Assembly (NCBI RefSeq): GCF_020745735.1
Contig: NW_026867509.1
Location: 806,001-870,000, forward strand
From: Hemiscyllium ocellatum
Lineage: Eukaryota
Length of the DNA: 64,000 bases
Direction: 5' to 3'
Numbering within the stretch: the stretch's first letter is position 1; each line of letters starts with the position of its first letter. The notes below the pieces were generated by a model. It searched no databases, was not told where the DNA came from, and was given only the letters and a program-made list of their open reading frames with translations. This document shows, in pieces, positions 1 through 10,869 of the stretch. The position numbers and the translations under genes are program-made.

Positions 1-445
1 AAGCAACATTTATGGATTGACTTTGAAATGGATGATAAATAAAAACTCTGCATGGTTTCTTTACGTTCTGCTGGTAGACTCTGGTTTATATTTGTTCAAG
101 CTGTCAAACTCTGTGTTCATTTCAACCATCATTTATCCTGCCTTTGTTGTAACGTTTTTTACAGCAAAAAGGATGTCGATTTCAAGTGGAGCTTGGTTCA
201 CCAGTGTGACAGAGATCGAGACAAACAGGAAAAGAAAAAGGAATGTTGAGAACGACAAAGTAATAAACAGAGGAAGATAATGTCAATAATTCTCATTAAT
301 TATCACGTAGCTGCCATCAGCGCTGACAGGGCAGCCAATCCTGCCTCGAAGGAATGTCCCATATTCTCAGTGAGCAAAGTCTGATGCTGATCTGCATTAT
401 ACTTAATGTCGAATGAAATTCGCATAGTTTCTGTTCAATTCTAAA

Positions 446-1167
446 TGGTATGAAGACTAGGGTGTACTTCAAGAGAGTTAAAAGTAGAAGAATGACTGAT
501 CACAACAGCACATGTTGTCAATAATGCAACAATGTATGCGACACTTGGTCGAAAAATTTGATTCGTTGCCTGGAAACCAAAACAAATTAGAATTTGGCCA
601 ATCAGTTTAAATTATACCCCGAATGAAAACAATTTCCCATCAAGTTTGAATTGAGAATATTCACAGTCTTAAAACCATTGACACATTCCGATACTCTGGG
701 GGAGGGGTGGGGGTTATAAGACCGGTGGGAAATTGAACAGTTAAGAGGAGAATTGTCAAGTCCTACCATGTCATGGATTGAATGAAAAAAATGTCTTAAA
801 CGTACCTCTACGATCAGTAACCTGCAACGCAGAAATTTCTAACAAGGAAAAAATAATGCACAGGAAGATCCGAAGACAGGAACCTACAGCTGACTAGCAT
901 TTGATGAGAAGTGCTATTTTGTAAATCCTGGTTTGGAAAATTGTTGGGATAGTATTGTAAAAGGGAATGTAAAACATACATTAAAGGTAGAAGTTGTAAA
1001 TAGCGGTTAGTTACTTATTGTCTGTTATGCTTTATGAAATAAAGTTGTTAATTGTAACTTTAAATACTGCTTGGCCACTCGAATTCTCACGGATTACTGC
1101 GTGGGATAAATCTTTTCTGCGTTGCTGGCTTTAAATTAAGCAGGAGACTTTACTCCATGACGTAACA
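446..1167 (+). repeat. 5' LTR of Gypsy element
   Basis: Aligns by eye with 14225-14945 (for example tgaagactagggtgtacttc vs tgaagatgtgggtgtacttt; gaatttggccaatcag in both; gggataaatcttttctg...ggctttaaattaagcaggag in both). Ends ...gtaaca. Confidence 0.85.
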
Positions 1168-1170
1168 GAT

Positions 1171-1181
1171 TGGCGACTCCG
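1171..1181 (+). other. Primer binding site (TGGCGACTCCG)
   Basis: TGG-initiated motif 3 nt after the LTR end. From memory it is complementary to the 3' end of a tRNA-Arg; the isoacceptor is not verified. Confidence 0.7.
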
Positions 1182-1353
1182 GTCCGTGATGTGAACTTGC
1201 TTAGGCAGATTTGAATTGATTTGGGAGTAAGAAAACTCCCAACAGATTTAAGCAGTTGCAGGTTACTGGCCGAGATATATTAATAAAACGCAGGGGGGAC
1301 ATTTTTTTTAAAATGTCGGTGACCTGTGGTTAATTAAATTAAAAGTGAGAGAA

Positions 1354-2150
1354 ATGGCTTTTAAAGTTGCTAACGATGTTACAGGATTTGAAAATGATTC
1401 TCAGATTTGTCAAGAAAGTTTAGAATGAATGAAAAGTGCCATACTTTTAGAATTAGTGAAAACATTAGTTTTGATTTAACCAAGAACAAAAGTAAACCTG
1501 AAATTGTAAGAAATTGTAAGGGAATTACTCAAACATCTCGGTATGTCAGAGAAACAGACAAATGCAGTAAAGGGAGAAAAACCTTACATTACAATTGTGG
1601 AAAATGGAGTTAGAAGATAAACATAAAGATTGAGAGGAAAGAGAGACGGAGAAAAGAAGAGAAAGAGACAGAAGAAAGAGAAGAAGAGGAAAAGGAGAGA
1701 GGCAGTTCTTGGCAGAGCAAATACACAGATAGAGGAAAGGGAGACAAAAACAATAAGAGAGAGAGAAGAAAGGGCGAGAGAAGGAGAGAGAGAGTATTTG
1801 TACTTGAGAAGTTGCGAATCAGTTAGCAAAATCAAGTTAACAGGATGGAGATTAAAACAGAAGTTAGTGACATATGTAAGTATGTCAAAACTGCCACAAT
1901 TTTATGAAAAATTGAAAAATTGGCTAGGTAAATGGTGTCGTCTGATGATTTATGGGTAATGCCATTTCATAGAAAATTGGCAAGCAGAACTAGTGAGGCA
2001 CATGTTGCGTTGTCAGATTAGGTGTCAAGTGATTATGAAAAGGTTAAACAGGCTGTTTTAAGTGCTTATCAATTGATGCCAGAAGCATATAGACAGTAGT
2101 TCAGAAACACACAGAAGAAACCAGGTCAGACTTAGTTGAGTTCGAAAGAA
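1354..2150 (+). pseudogene. Gypsy gag N-terminal/capsid remnant (SCAN-related region)
   Basis: Broken frames give an E/R-rich coiled coil and SAYQLMPEAYRQ*FRNTQKKPGQT, typical of Gmr1-type gag. Confidence 0.65.
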
Positions 2151-3644
2151 TCATTTGGCAGGAAAAGGATGATAGAGTAAATGAATGCATGGCTGAGGAG
2201 ATGGTGTATGGGAGAAGGAGTCACATTTTTGGATCATTGGAATCTCTTTTGGTGTAGAAGTGACCTGTTCAAGAAGGACGGATTGCACCTAAATTGGAAG
2301 GCGACGATTATACAGGCAGGGAAATTTGCCAGAACTGCTCGGGAGGTTTTCAGCTAGTAAGGTGTGTGTGGAAGGAGGGGGGCATGGAATTGTGAAGAAA
2401 GAGATCAATCTGAGGCTGGTACAGTTGAGAACAGAAATGAGTCAAACAGTCAGGGCAGGCAGAGACAAGGTAGGATGAATAAATTAAACTGCATTTATTT
2501 CAATGCAAGGGGCATAACAGGGAAAGCAGATGAACTCACAGCATGGTTAGGAACATGGGATTGGGATATCACAGCAATTACAACATGGCTCAGGGATGCG
2601 CAGGACTGGCAGCTTAATGTTCCAGGATACAAATGCGAGAAGAAGGATAGCAAGGGAGGCAAGAGAGGATGGGGAGTGGCATTTTTGATAATGGATAGCA
2701 TTACAGCTGTGCTGAGGGAGGATATTCCCGGAAATACATCCAGGGAAGTTATTTGCGTGGAACTGAGAAATAAAAAAGGGAAAAAAACATTACTGGGATT
2801 GTATTATAGAACCCCTAAGAGTCAGAGGGAAATTGAGAAGCAATCTTGTAAGGAGATCTCAACTGTCTGTAAGAACAATCGGATGGTTATGGTATGGGAA
2901 TTTAACTTTCCAAACATCGACTCGGACTGCCGTAGGGTTAAATGTTTAGTTGGAGAGGAATTTCTTCAGAGCGTTCAAGACAATTTTCTGATTCACATGT
3001 GTATGTAACTACTACAGAAGATACACAACTTGACCAACTCTTGGGAAATAAGGCAGTGCAGGTGACTGAGGTGTCATTGCGGGAGCAGTTAGGGGCCAGC
3101 GACCATAATTCTATTTGTTTTAAAATCGTGCTGGAAATGGATAGACCAGATCTAAAAGTTGAAGTTCTAATTTGGAGAAAGGCCAATTTTGACGGTATTA
3201 GGCAAGAAATACGAAAGCTTATTGGAGGTAGATGTTCGCAGGTAAAGAGACGGCTGTAAAATAGAAAGCATTCGGGAATGAGATAACAAGAATCCAGAGA
3301 AAGTATGTTCCTGTTGGGATGAAAAGAAAGGCTGGTGGGTATAGGGAATGCTGGATGACTAAAGAAATTGAGGGCTTCGTTAAGAAACAAAAGGAAGCAT
3401 ATGTCAACTGTAGAAAGCATAGATCGAGTGAATCCTCGGAAGAGTATAAAGGAAGTAGGAGTATACTTAAGAGGGAAATCAGGAGGGCAAAAAGGGGACA
3501 TGAGATAGCTATGGCAAACAGAATTAAGGAGCATCCAAAGGGTTTTTACAAATATATTAAGGACAACAGGGAACTAGGGAGAGAATAGGGTCCCTCAAAG
3601 ATCAGCAAGGCAGCCTTTGTGTGGAGCCACAGAACATGGGGGCG
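2150..3644 (+). mobile_element. Old CR1 LINE, part 1 (ORF1 esterase end and APE endonuclease), decayed
   Basis: KKDGLHLNW (ORF1 end), CIYFNARGI, VLREDI, LLGLYYR, GASDHNSI motifs across stops and frameshifts. Confidence 0.85.
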
Positions 3645-3862
3645 CTAGGTTACCTGGGTAAGGTTTTTTTTTCTCTCCCCTTATTTAAAGGCGTAGGCGA
3701 GTCACCCGAGGCACTACACGAGTAGTGCCTCCCACCCTTCCACCTCCTCTAACCTAATAATAAGACCAATTGTGACTAGCGGGTAAGTGCTGCATTTTCC
3801 TTGTTTGTTTCTTTAGATTTAGTTGGTTTTTGTTTTTTTAAGGAAAGCTTACTTTTAGAGGG

Positions 3863-4789
3863 ATGGCAGTGCAGAGAGGGCAATGTTCCTCTTGCAACAT
3901 GTATGAGGTGAGGGAAGCCATCAGCGTCCCTGCTGAGTACACTTGCAAGAAGTGCAACCATCTCCAGCTCCTCCAAACCCGTGTTAGGGAACTGGAGCTG
4001 GAGTTGGATGAACTGCGGATCATTCGGGAGGCAGAGGAGGTCATAGATCGGAGCTATAGGCAAGTAGTTACTCCGAAAGTTCAAGATAGATGGGTGACAG
4101 TGAGGGGGAGTGGGAGGAGGAAGCCAGTGCAGGGACCCCCTGCGGTCATTCCCCTCAAGAACAAGTATACCGTTTTGGATACTTGTGGGGGGGATGACTT
4201 ACCAGGGGCAAGCAACGAGGTTCAGGCCTCTGGCACGGAGCCTGGCCCCGTTGCTCAGAAGGGAAGGGTGGAGAAAGGTAGAGCGATAGTTCTTGGGGAC
4301 TCGATAGTGAGGGGTACAGACAGACGGTTTTGTGGGGGCGACAGGGACTCACGTTTGGTATGTTGCCTCCCAGGTGCAAGGGTACGTGATGTCGCTGATC
4401 GTGTTTTCCGGGTCCTTAAGGGGGAGGGGGAGCAGCCCCAGATCGTGGTCCACGTTGGCACCAACGATATAGGTAGGAAGAAGGGTGAGGATGTAAGGCA
4501 GGCTTTCAGGGAGCTAGGTTGGAAGCTCAGAGTTAGAACAAACAGAGTTGTAGTCTCTGGTTTGTTACCCGTGCCACGTGATAGAGAGTCGAGGAACAGG
4601 GAGAGAGAGCAGTTAAATGCGTGGCTACAGGGATGGTGCAGGAGGGAGGGATTCCGGTTTCTGGATAACTGGGGTCCTTTCTGGGGAAGGTGGGACCTCT
4701 ATAAAAAGGATGGTCTACACTTGAACCTGAGGGGCACCAGTATCCTTGGGGGGAGGTTTGCTAGTGCTCTTTGGGAGGGTTTAAACTAA
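3863..4789 (+). CDS. CR1 ORF1p: N-terminal zinc finger, coiled coil, SGNH/GDSL esterase-like domain (308 aa)
   Basis: CSSC..CKKC zinc finger, LELELDELR coiled coil, VLGDSIVRG, HVGTNDIG and DGLHL esterase motifs; ATG start; no stops. Confidence 0.93.
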   Translation: MAVQRGQCSSCNMYEVREAISVPAEYTCKKCNHLQLLQTRVRELELELDELRIIREAEEVIDRSYRQVVTPKVQDRWVTVRGSGRRKPVQGPPAVIPLKNKYTVLDTCGGDDLPGASNEVQASGTEPGPVAQKGRVEKGRAIVLGDSIVRGTDRRFCGGDRDSRLVCCLPGARVRDVADRVFRVLKGEGEQPQIVVHVGTNDIGRKKGEDVRQAFRELGWKLRVRTNRVVVSGLLPVPRDRESRNREREQLNAWLQGWCRREGFRFLDNWGPFWGRWDLYKKDGLHLNLRGTSILGGRFASALWEGLN

Positions 4790-7674
4790 CTCCGCGGGGG
4801 CATGGGAACCAGGACTGTAGCTTTAGGGTACAGGACCTTGAGTGTAGGGAGGTTAGGAATAATGCAGCGATCTCTAAGGAGGGTGACTGTAACCAGAAAG
4901 GTGGATTGAAGTGTGTATACTTCAATGCCAGAAGTATAAGGAATAAGGTAGGTGAACTTGCAGCGTGGGTTGGTACCTGGGACTTCGATGTTGTGGCCAT
5001 TACAGAGACGTGGGTAGAACAGGGACAAGAATGGCTGTTGCACGTTCCAGGGTTCAAATGTTTTAGTAGGATCAGACATGGGGGTAAAAAAGGGGGAGGC
5101 GTGGCATTACTTGTCAAAGACAGTATCACAGCAGTGGAATGGACGATGGAAGAGGACTTGCCATCTGAGGTAGTTTGGGCTGAGGTTAGAAATAGGAAAG
5201 GTGAGGTCACCCTGTTAGGTGTTTTCTACAGGCCTCCTAATAGTCCTAGAGAAGTAGAGGATAATATTGCGAGGATGATTCAGGAAAAGAGTGAAGGTAG
5301 CAGGGTGGTTGTTATGGGGGACTTTAACTTCCCAGATATTGACTGGGAGAGCTATAGCTCGAGTTCATTAGATGGGTCGGTGTTTGTACAATGTGTGCAG
5401 GAGGGTTTCCTGACACAATATGTCGACAGGCCAACAAGAGGGGAGGCTATATTGGATTTGGTTCTAGGTAATGAACCAGGCCAGGTGTTGGACTTGGAGG
5501 TAGGTGAGCACTTCGGGGACAGTGACCACAACTCGGTGACTTTTACTTTAGTGATGGAGAGGGATAATCGTGTGCCGCAGGGCAAGAGCTATAGCTGGGG
5601 GCAGGGAAATTATGATGCAGTGAGGCATGACTTAGGAGGTGTGGATTGGAAAAACAGGCTTCAAGAGAAGAACACTAATGAGATGTGGGGAGTGTTCAAG
5701 GAGCAGCTACTGCGTGTCCTCGATAGGTATGTACCAGTCAGGCATGGTGTAAAGGGCCTTGTGAGGCAGCCGTGGTTTAGTAAGGAATTGGAGTCCCTTG
5801 TGAAAGGGAAGAAGGCGGCATATGTAAAGATGAGGCGTGAAGGTTCAGTAGGGGCGATTGAGAGTTATAAGGTAGCCAGGAAGGAGCTAAAGAGGGAGTT
5901 AAGAAAAGCGAGAAGGGGACATGAAAAGTCTTTAGCTGGTAGGATTAGGGAAAACCCAAAGGCTTTCTATAGGTATGTCAAGAATAAAAGGATGACTAGG
6001 GTAGGTATCGGTCCAGTCAAGGATAGTAGTGGGAAGTTGTGTGTGGAGGCGGAGGAGATTGGAGAGACATTAAATCAGTACTTTTCATCAGTATTCACTC
6101 AGGAACAGGACACTGTTGCTGATGTGAATATGGAATCACAAATAATTAGAATGGATGCCCTGGAAATATGCAGGGAAGAGGTTTTGGGAATATTGGAAAG
6201 GAAGAATATAGATAAGTCTCCTGGGCCTGATGGCATTTACCCCAGGATCCTATGGGAAGCTAGGGAGGAGATAGCAGAGCCATTGGCCTGGATTTTTATG
6301 TCATCGTTGTCAACAGGAATAGTACCAGAGGACTGGAGGATAGCGAATGTGGTCCCATTGTTCAAGAAAGGGAGTAGGGATAGCCCTAGCAACTATAGGC
6401 CAGTGAGTCTGACTTCAGTGGTGGGCAAAGTCTTAGAGAGAATGGTAAGGGATAAGATTTATGAACATCTGGGTAGGAATAACGTGATCAGGGATAGCCA
6501 GCATGGTTTTGTGAAGGGCAGGTCGTGCCTCACAAACCTTATTGAGTTCTTTGAGAAGGTGACCAAGGAAGTGGATGAGGGTAAAGCAGTAGATGTTGTG
6601 TATATGGATTTTAGTAAGGCGTTCGATAAGGTTCCCCATGGTAGGCTAATGCTAAAACTTCGGAGGTATGGCATTGAGGATACATTAGAGGTTTGGATTA
6701 GGAATTGGCTGGCTGGAAGGAGACAGAGGGTAGTAGTTGATGGATTATGTTCATCTTGGAGCGCAGTTACTAGCGGTGTACCACAAGGATCTGTTTTGGG
6801 ACCATTGCTTTTTGTTATCTTTATAAATGATCTAGAGGAAGGACTTGAAAGCTGGGTAAGCAAGTTTGCGGATGACACAAAAGTCGGTGGAGTTGTGGAT
6901 AGTGAGGAAGGAAGTGGTAGGTTACAGCGGGATATAGATAAGTTGCAGAGCTGGGCGGAAATGTGGCAAATGGAATTCAATGTAGCTAAGTGCGAAGTCG
7001 TTCACTTTGGTAGGAATAACAAGATGATGGATTACTGGGCTAATGGTAGGCTACTTGGTAGTGTGGATGAGCAGAGGGATCTTGGTGTCCATGTACACAG
7101 ATCTCTGAAAGTTGCCACCCAGGTAAATAGTGCTGTGAGGAAGGCATATGGTGTACTGGGCTTTATTGGCAGAGGAATTGAGTTCCGGAGTCCTGAGGTC
7201 ATGTTGCAGTTGTATAAGACTCTGGTGCGGCCTCATCTGGAGTATTGTGTGCAGTTTTGGTCGCCATACTATAGGAAGGATGTGGAAGCTTTAGAACGAG
7301 TGCAGAGGAGGTTTACCAGGATGTTGCCTGGAATGGTAGGAAAATCTTATGAGGAAAGGCTGAGGCACTTGGGGCTGTTCTCATTGGAGAAGAGAAGGTT
7401 TAGGGGAGATCTGATAGAAGTGTATAAGATGATTAGGGGTTTAGATAGGGTAGATACTAAGAACCTTTTACCGCTAATGGAGTCAGGTGTTACTAGGGGA
7501 CATAGCTTTAAATTAAGGGGTGGTAGGTATAGGACAGATGTTAGGGGTAGATTCTTCACACAGCGGGTTGTGAGTTCATGGAATGCCCTGCCCGTATCAG
7601 TGGTGAACTCTCCTTCTTTATGGTCATTTAAGCGGGCATTGGATAGGCATTTGGAAGTTATTGGGCTAGTATAG
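4771..7674 (+). CDS. CR1 ORF2p: APE endonuclease plus reverse transcriptase (967 codons, no early AUG)
   Basis: YFNARSI, GDFNFPD, SDHN (APE); PGPDG, QHGF, DFSKAFD, GVPQGSVLGPLLF, KFADD (RT); CR1-type C-terminus (RGHSFKL..GRFFTQRVV). Confidence 0.95.
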   Translation: MGGFKLTPRGHGNQDCSFRVQDLECREVRNNAAISKEGDCNQKGGLKCVYFNARSIRNKVGELAAWVGTWDFDVVAITETWVEQGQEWLLHVPGFKCFSRIRHGGKKGGGVALLVKDSITAVEWTMEEDLPSEVVWAEVRNRKGEVTLLGVFYRPPNSPREVEDNIARMIQEKSEGSRVVVMGDFNFPDIDWESYSSSSLDGSVFVQCVQEGFLTQYVDRPTRGEAILDLVLGNEPGQVLDLEVGEHFGDSDHNSVTFTLVMERDNRVPQGKSYSWGQGNYDAVRHDLGGVDWKNRLQEKNTNEMWGVFKEQLLRVLDRYVPVRHGVKGLVRQPWFSKELESLVKGKKAAYVKMRREGSVGAIESYKVARKELKRELRKARRGHEKSLAGRIRENPKAFYRYVKNKRMTRVGIGPVKDSSGKLCVEAEEIGETLNQYFSSVFTQEQDTVADVNMESQIIRMDALEICREEVLGILERKNIDKSPGPDGIYPRILWEAREEIAEPLAWIFMSSLSTGIVPEDWRIANVVPLFKKGSRDSPSNYRPVSLTSVVGKVLERMVRDKIYEHLGRNNVIRDSQHGFVKGRSCLTNLIEFFEKVTKEVDEGKAVDVVYMDFSKAFDKVPHGRLMLKLRRYGIEDTLEVWIRNWLAGRRQRVVVDGLCSSWSAVTSGVPQGSVLGPLLFVIFINDLEEGLESWVSKFADDTKVGGVVDSEEGSGRLQRDIDKLQSWAEMWQMEFNVAKCEVVHFGRNNKMMDYWANGRLLGSVDEQRDLGVHVHRSLKVATQVNSAVRKAYGVLGFIGRGIEFRSPEVMLQLYKTLVRPHLEYCVQFWSPYYRKDVEALERVQRRFTRMLPGMVGKSYEERLRHLGLFSLEKRRFRGDLIEVYKMIRGLDRVDTKNLLPLMESGVTRGHSFKLRGGRYRTDVRGRFFTQRVVSSWNALPVSVVNSPSLWSFKRALDRHLEVIGLV

Positions 7675-7762
7675 GTTAGGTAGGATTCGGTCGGCGCAAC
7701 ATCGAGGGCCGAAGGGCCTGTACTGCGCTGTATCCTTCTATGTTCTATGTTCTATGTTCTAG

Positions 7763-8839
7763 ATGCTAAATGAATATTTTGCCTCGGTAATTACTGTGAT
7801 AAAGGATATGGAAGATATAGACGGTAGGGAAATAGATGGTGAAAGCTTGCAAAATGTCCAGATTACAGAGGAGGAAGTTCTAGATGTCTTGAAAAAGGTA
7901 AAGGTGGATAGATCCCCAGGACCCGATCAGATGTACCCGAGAACTCTATGGGAAGTTAGAGAAGTGATTGCTGGGCCTCTTGCTGAAATATTTGTATCAT
8001 CGATAGTCACAGGTGAGGTGCCAGAAGACTGGAGGTTGACAAATGTGGTGCCACTGTTTAAGAAGGGCGGTAAAGACAAGCCAGGGAACCATGGAGAGGT
8101 GAGCCTGACCTCGGTGGTGGGCAAGTTGTTGGAGGGAATCCTGAGGGACAGGATGTATATATACTTGGAAAAGCAAGGACTGGTTAGGAATAGTCAACAT
8201 GATCTTGTGCGTGGGAAATCATGTCTCAAAAACTTGATTGAGTTTTTTGAAGAATTAACAACGAGGATTGATGAGGGCAGAGCAGTAGATTGAGCAATAT
8301 GGACTTAAGTAAGGCGTTCGACAAAGTTCCCTATGGGAGACTGATTATCAAGGTTAGATCTCAAAGAATACAGGGAGAACTAGCGATTTGGATACAGAAC
8401 TGGCTCAAAGGTAGACGACAGAGGGTGGTGGTGGAGGGTTGTTTTTCAGACTGGAGGCCTGTGACCAGTGGAGTGCCACAAGGATCGGTGCTGGGTCCTC
8501 TACTGTTTGTCATTTATATATATGATTTGGATGCGAGCATAAGAGGTACAGTTAGTAAGTTTGCAAATGACACCAAAATTGGTGATGTAGTGGACAGCCA
8601 AGAGGGTTACCTCAGATTACAACAGGGTCTGAATCAGATGGGCCAATGGGCTGAGAAGTGGCAGATGGCGTTTAATTCAGATAAATGCGAGGTGCTGTAT
8701 TTTTGGAAAGCAAATCTTACCAGGACTTAAACACTTAATGGTAAGTTCCTAGAGAGCGTTGTGGAACAAAGAGATCTTGGAGTGGAGGTTCATAGCTCCT
8801 TGAAAGTGGAGTTGCAGGTAGAGAGTATAGTGAAGAAGG
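7763..8839 (+). mobile_element. Old CR1 LINE, part 2 (RT), decayed
   Basis: LNEYFASV, SPGPDQ, DLSKAFDKVP, GVPQGSVLGPLLF, KFANDTK with frameshifts. Confidence 0.9.
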
Positions 8840-10214
8840 TGATAACCTTTTCTTCTGCTACATCGATGACTGTATCAGCGCTGCTTCGTGCTCCCACGAG
8901 GAGGTTGAACAGGTCATCTACTTTACCAACACCTTCCACCCCGACCTCAAGTTTACCTGGACCGTCTCAGATTCCTCCCTCCCCTTCCTCGACCTCTCCA
9001 TTTCTATATCGGGCGACCGAATCAACATGGACATTTGCTATAAACCAACCGACTCCTACAGCTTCCTCGATTACACCTCTTCCCACCCTGTCCCCTGTAA
9101 AAATGCCATCCTATATTCCCAATTCCTTCGTCTCCGCCACATCTGCTCCCAGGAGGACCAGTTCCAATACCGTACAACCCAGATGGCCTCCTTTTTCAAA
9201 GACCGCAATTAACCCCCAGACGGGATCGACGATGATCTCCACCGCATCTCCTCAACTTCCCCCTCCTCCACCCTTGAGCCCCGTCCCTCCAATCGCCTAC
9301 AGGACAGAACCCCACTGGTCCTCACCTACCACCCCACCAATATCCACATACATCGTATCATCCGTCGTCATTTCCGCCACCTCCAAACGGACCCCACCAC
9401 CAGGGATATATTTCCCTCCCCTCCCCTATCAGCGTTCCAAAAATACCACTCCCTCTTTGACTGCCTCATCAGGTCCCCACCCCCCACCAACACAACCTCT
9501 ATTCCAGGCACCTTCCCCTGCAACCGCAAGAAATGAAAAATTTGCACCCACACCTCCCCCCTTACGTCCCTCCAAGACCCCAAGGGATCCTTTCATATCC
9601 GCCACAAATTCACCTGCACCTCCACACACATTATTTACTGCACCCGTTGTGTCCTCCTCCATGTTGGGGATTCAGGCCACCGACTTGCAGAACGTTTCAG
9701 AGAATACCTCTGGGACACCTGGACCAACCAACCCAACCACCCCGTGGCTCAACACTTCAACTCTCCCACCCACTCCACCCAGGACATGCAGGTCCTTGGA
9801 CTCCTCCATCGGGAGACCATAGCAACACGACGGCTGGAAGAAGAGCGCCTCATCTTACGCCTAGGAACCCTCCAACCACAAGGTATGAACTCAGATTTCT
9901 CCAGTTTCCTCATTTCCCCTCCCCCCACCTTGTCTCAGTCCCAACCCTCGAACGCAGCACCACCTTCCTAATGTGCAATCTTCTTCCTGCCCTCTCCGCC
10001 CCCACCCCACTCCAGCCTATCACTCTCACCTTAACATCTTCCACCTATCGCGTTTCCAACGCCCCTCCCCAAGTCCCTTCTCCCTACCTTTTTTCTTAGC
10101 CTGCTTGGCACACTTTCCTCATTCCTGAAGAAGGGCTCATGAACGAAACGTCGATTCTCCTGCTCCTTGGACGCTGCCTGACCTGCTGCGCTTTTCCAGC
10201 AACACATTTTCAGC
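8840..10214 (+). mobile_element. 5'-truncated Penelope-like element (RT C-terminal half, GIY-YIG endonuclease, 3' pLTR)
   Basis: Frame ...FCYIDDC...TFHPDLKFTW...FLDLSI...YKPTDSYSFLDYTSSHP (PLE RT), then a C-x-C/IIYC region and AQHFNSPTH...EERLILRLGTLQPQGMN (GIY-YIG). Flanked by a degenerate 12-bp duplication, tagtgaagaagg (8828-8839) / tagtgaggaatg (10215-10226). Confidence 0.9.
10125..10152 (+). ncRNA. Degenerate minimal hammerhead ribozyme in Penelope 3' region
   Basis: CTGAAGA - agggctcatgaac - GAAA CGTC: catalytic core boxes and a GUC triplet are present, but stem II is only partly paired. Confidence 0.6.
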
Positions 10215-10865
10215 TAGTGAGGAATGCGTTTGTAATGCTTTCCTTTATTGGACAGAATATTGAGTACAGGAGTTCGGAGGTCATGTTGCGGCTGTACATG
10301 ACATTGCTTAGGCCACTGTTGGAATATTGCATGCAATTCTGGTCTCCTTCCTATCGGAAAAATGTTGTCAAACTTGAGAGCGTTCAGAAAAGGTTTCCAA
10401 GGATGTTGCAGGGTTGGAGGATTTGAGCTGTACGGAGAAGCTGAACAAGTTGGGGCTGTTTTCCCTGGAGTGTCAGAGGCAGAGGAGTGACCTTCTAGAG
10501 GTTTACAAAATTATGAGGGGCATGGATACGATAAATAGTCAAAGTCGTTTCCCTGGGATATGGGAGTGCAGAACTAGAGGGTATAGGTTTATGGTAAGAG
10601 GTGAAAGATGTAAAATAGACCTAAGGGGCAACCTTTTTCACGCATAGGATGGAACGTGTATGGAATGAGCTGCCAGAGGATGTGATGGAGGCTGATACAA
10701 TTACAACATTTAAGAGCCATTTGGATGGGTTTATCAACAGGAAGGGTTTGATGGGATATTGGCCGGGTGCTGGTTAGTGGGACTAGTTTGGATTGGGATA
10801 TCTGGTCGGCATGGGTTGGACCGAACGTTTTTCCGTGCTGTACGTCTCTCTGACTCTGTGATCCA
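10215..10865 (+). mobile_element. Old CR1 LINE, part 3 (ORF2 C-terminus and 3' UTR)
   Basis: EYRSSEVMLRLY..LLRPLLEYCMQFWSP, LGLFSLE..R.RSDL.EVYKIMRG; continues the frame broken by the Penelope insertion. Confidence 0.88.
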
Positions 10866-10869
10866 TGGC

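Larger units (their letters stand above)
3645..7762 (+). mobile_element. Full-length, intact young CR1 LINE
   Basis: 5' UTR, uninterrupted ORF1 and ORF2, and a 3' tail of (TTCTATG)3. It splits the old CR1 exactly: atgggggcg (to 3644) plus atgctaaatgaa (from 7763) restores M-G-A-M-L-N-E-Y-F. Confidence 0.95.

Noticed and set aside
8761-9822. 353-aa Ser/Thr/Pro-rich ORF resembling a mucin-like protein
   Set aside because: It is an alternative frame across the CR1/Penelope junction; the meaningful frame encodes Penelope RT (YIDD) and GIY-YIG.
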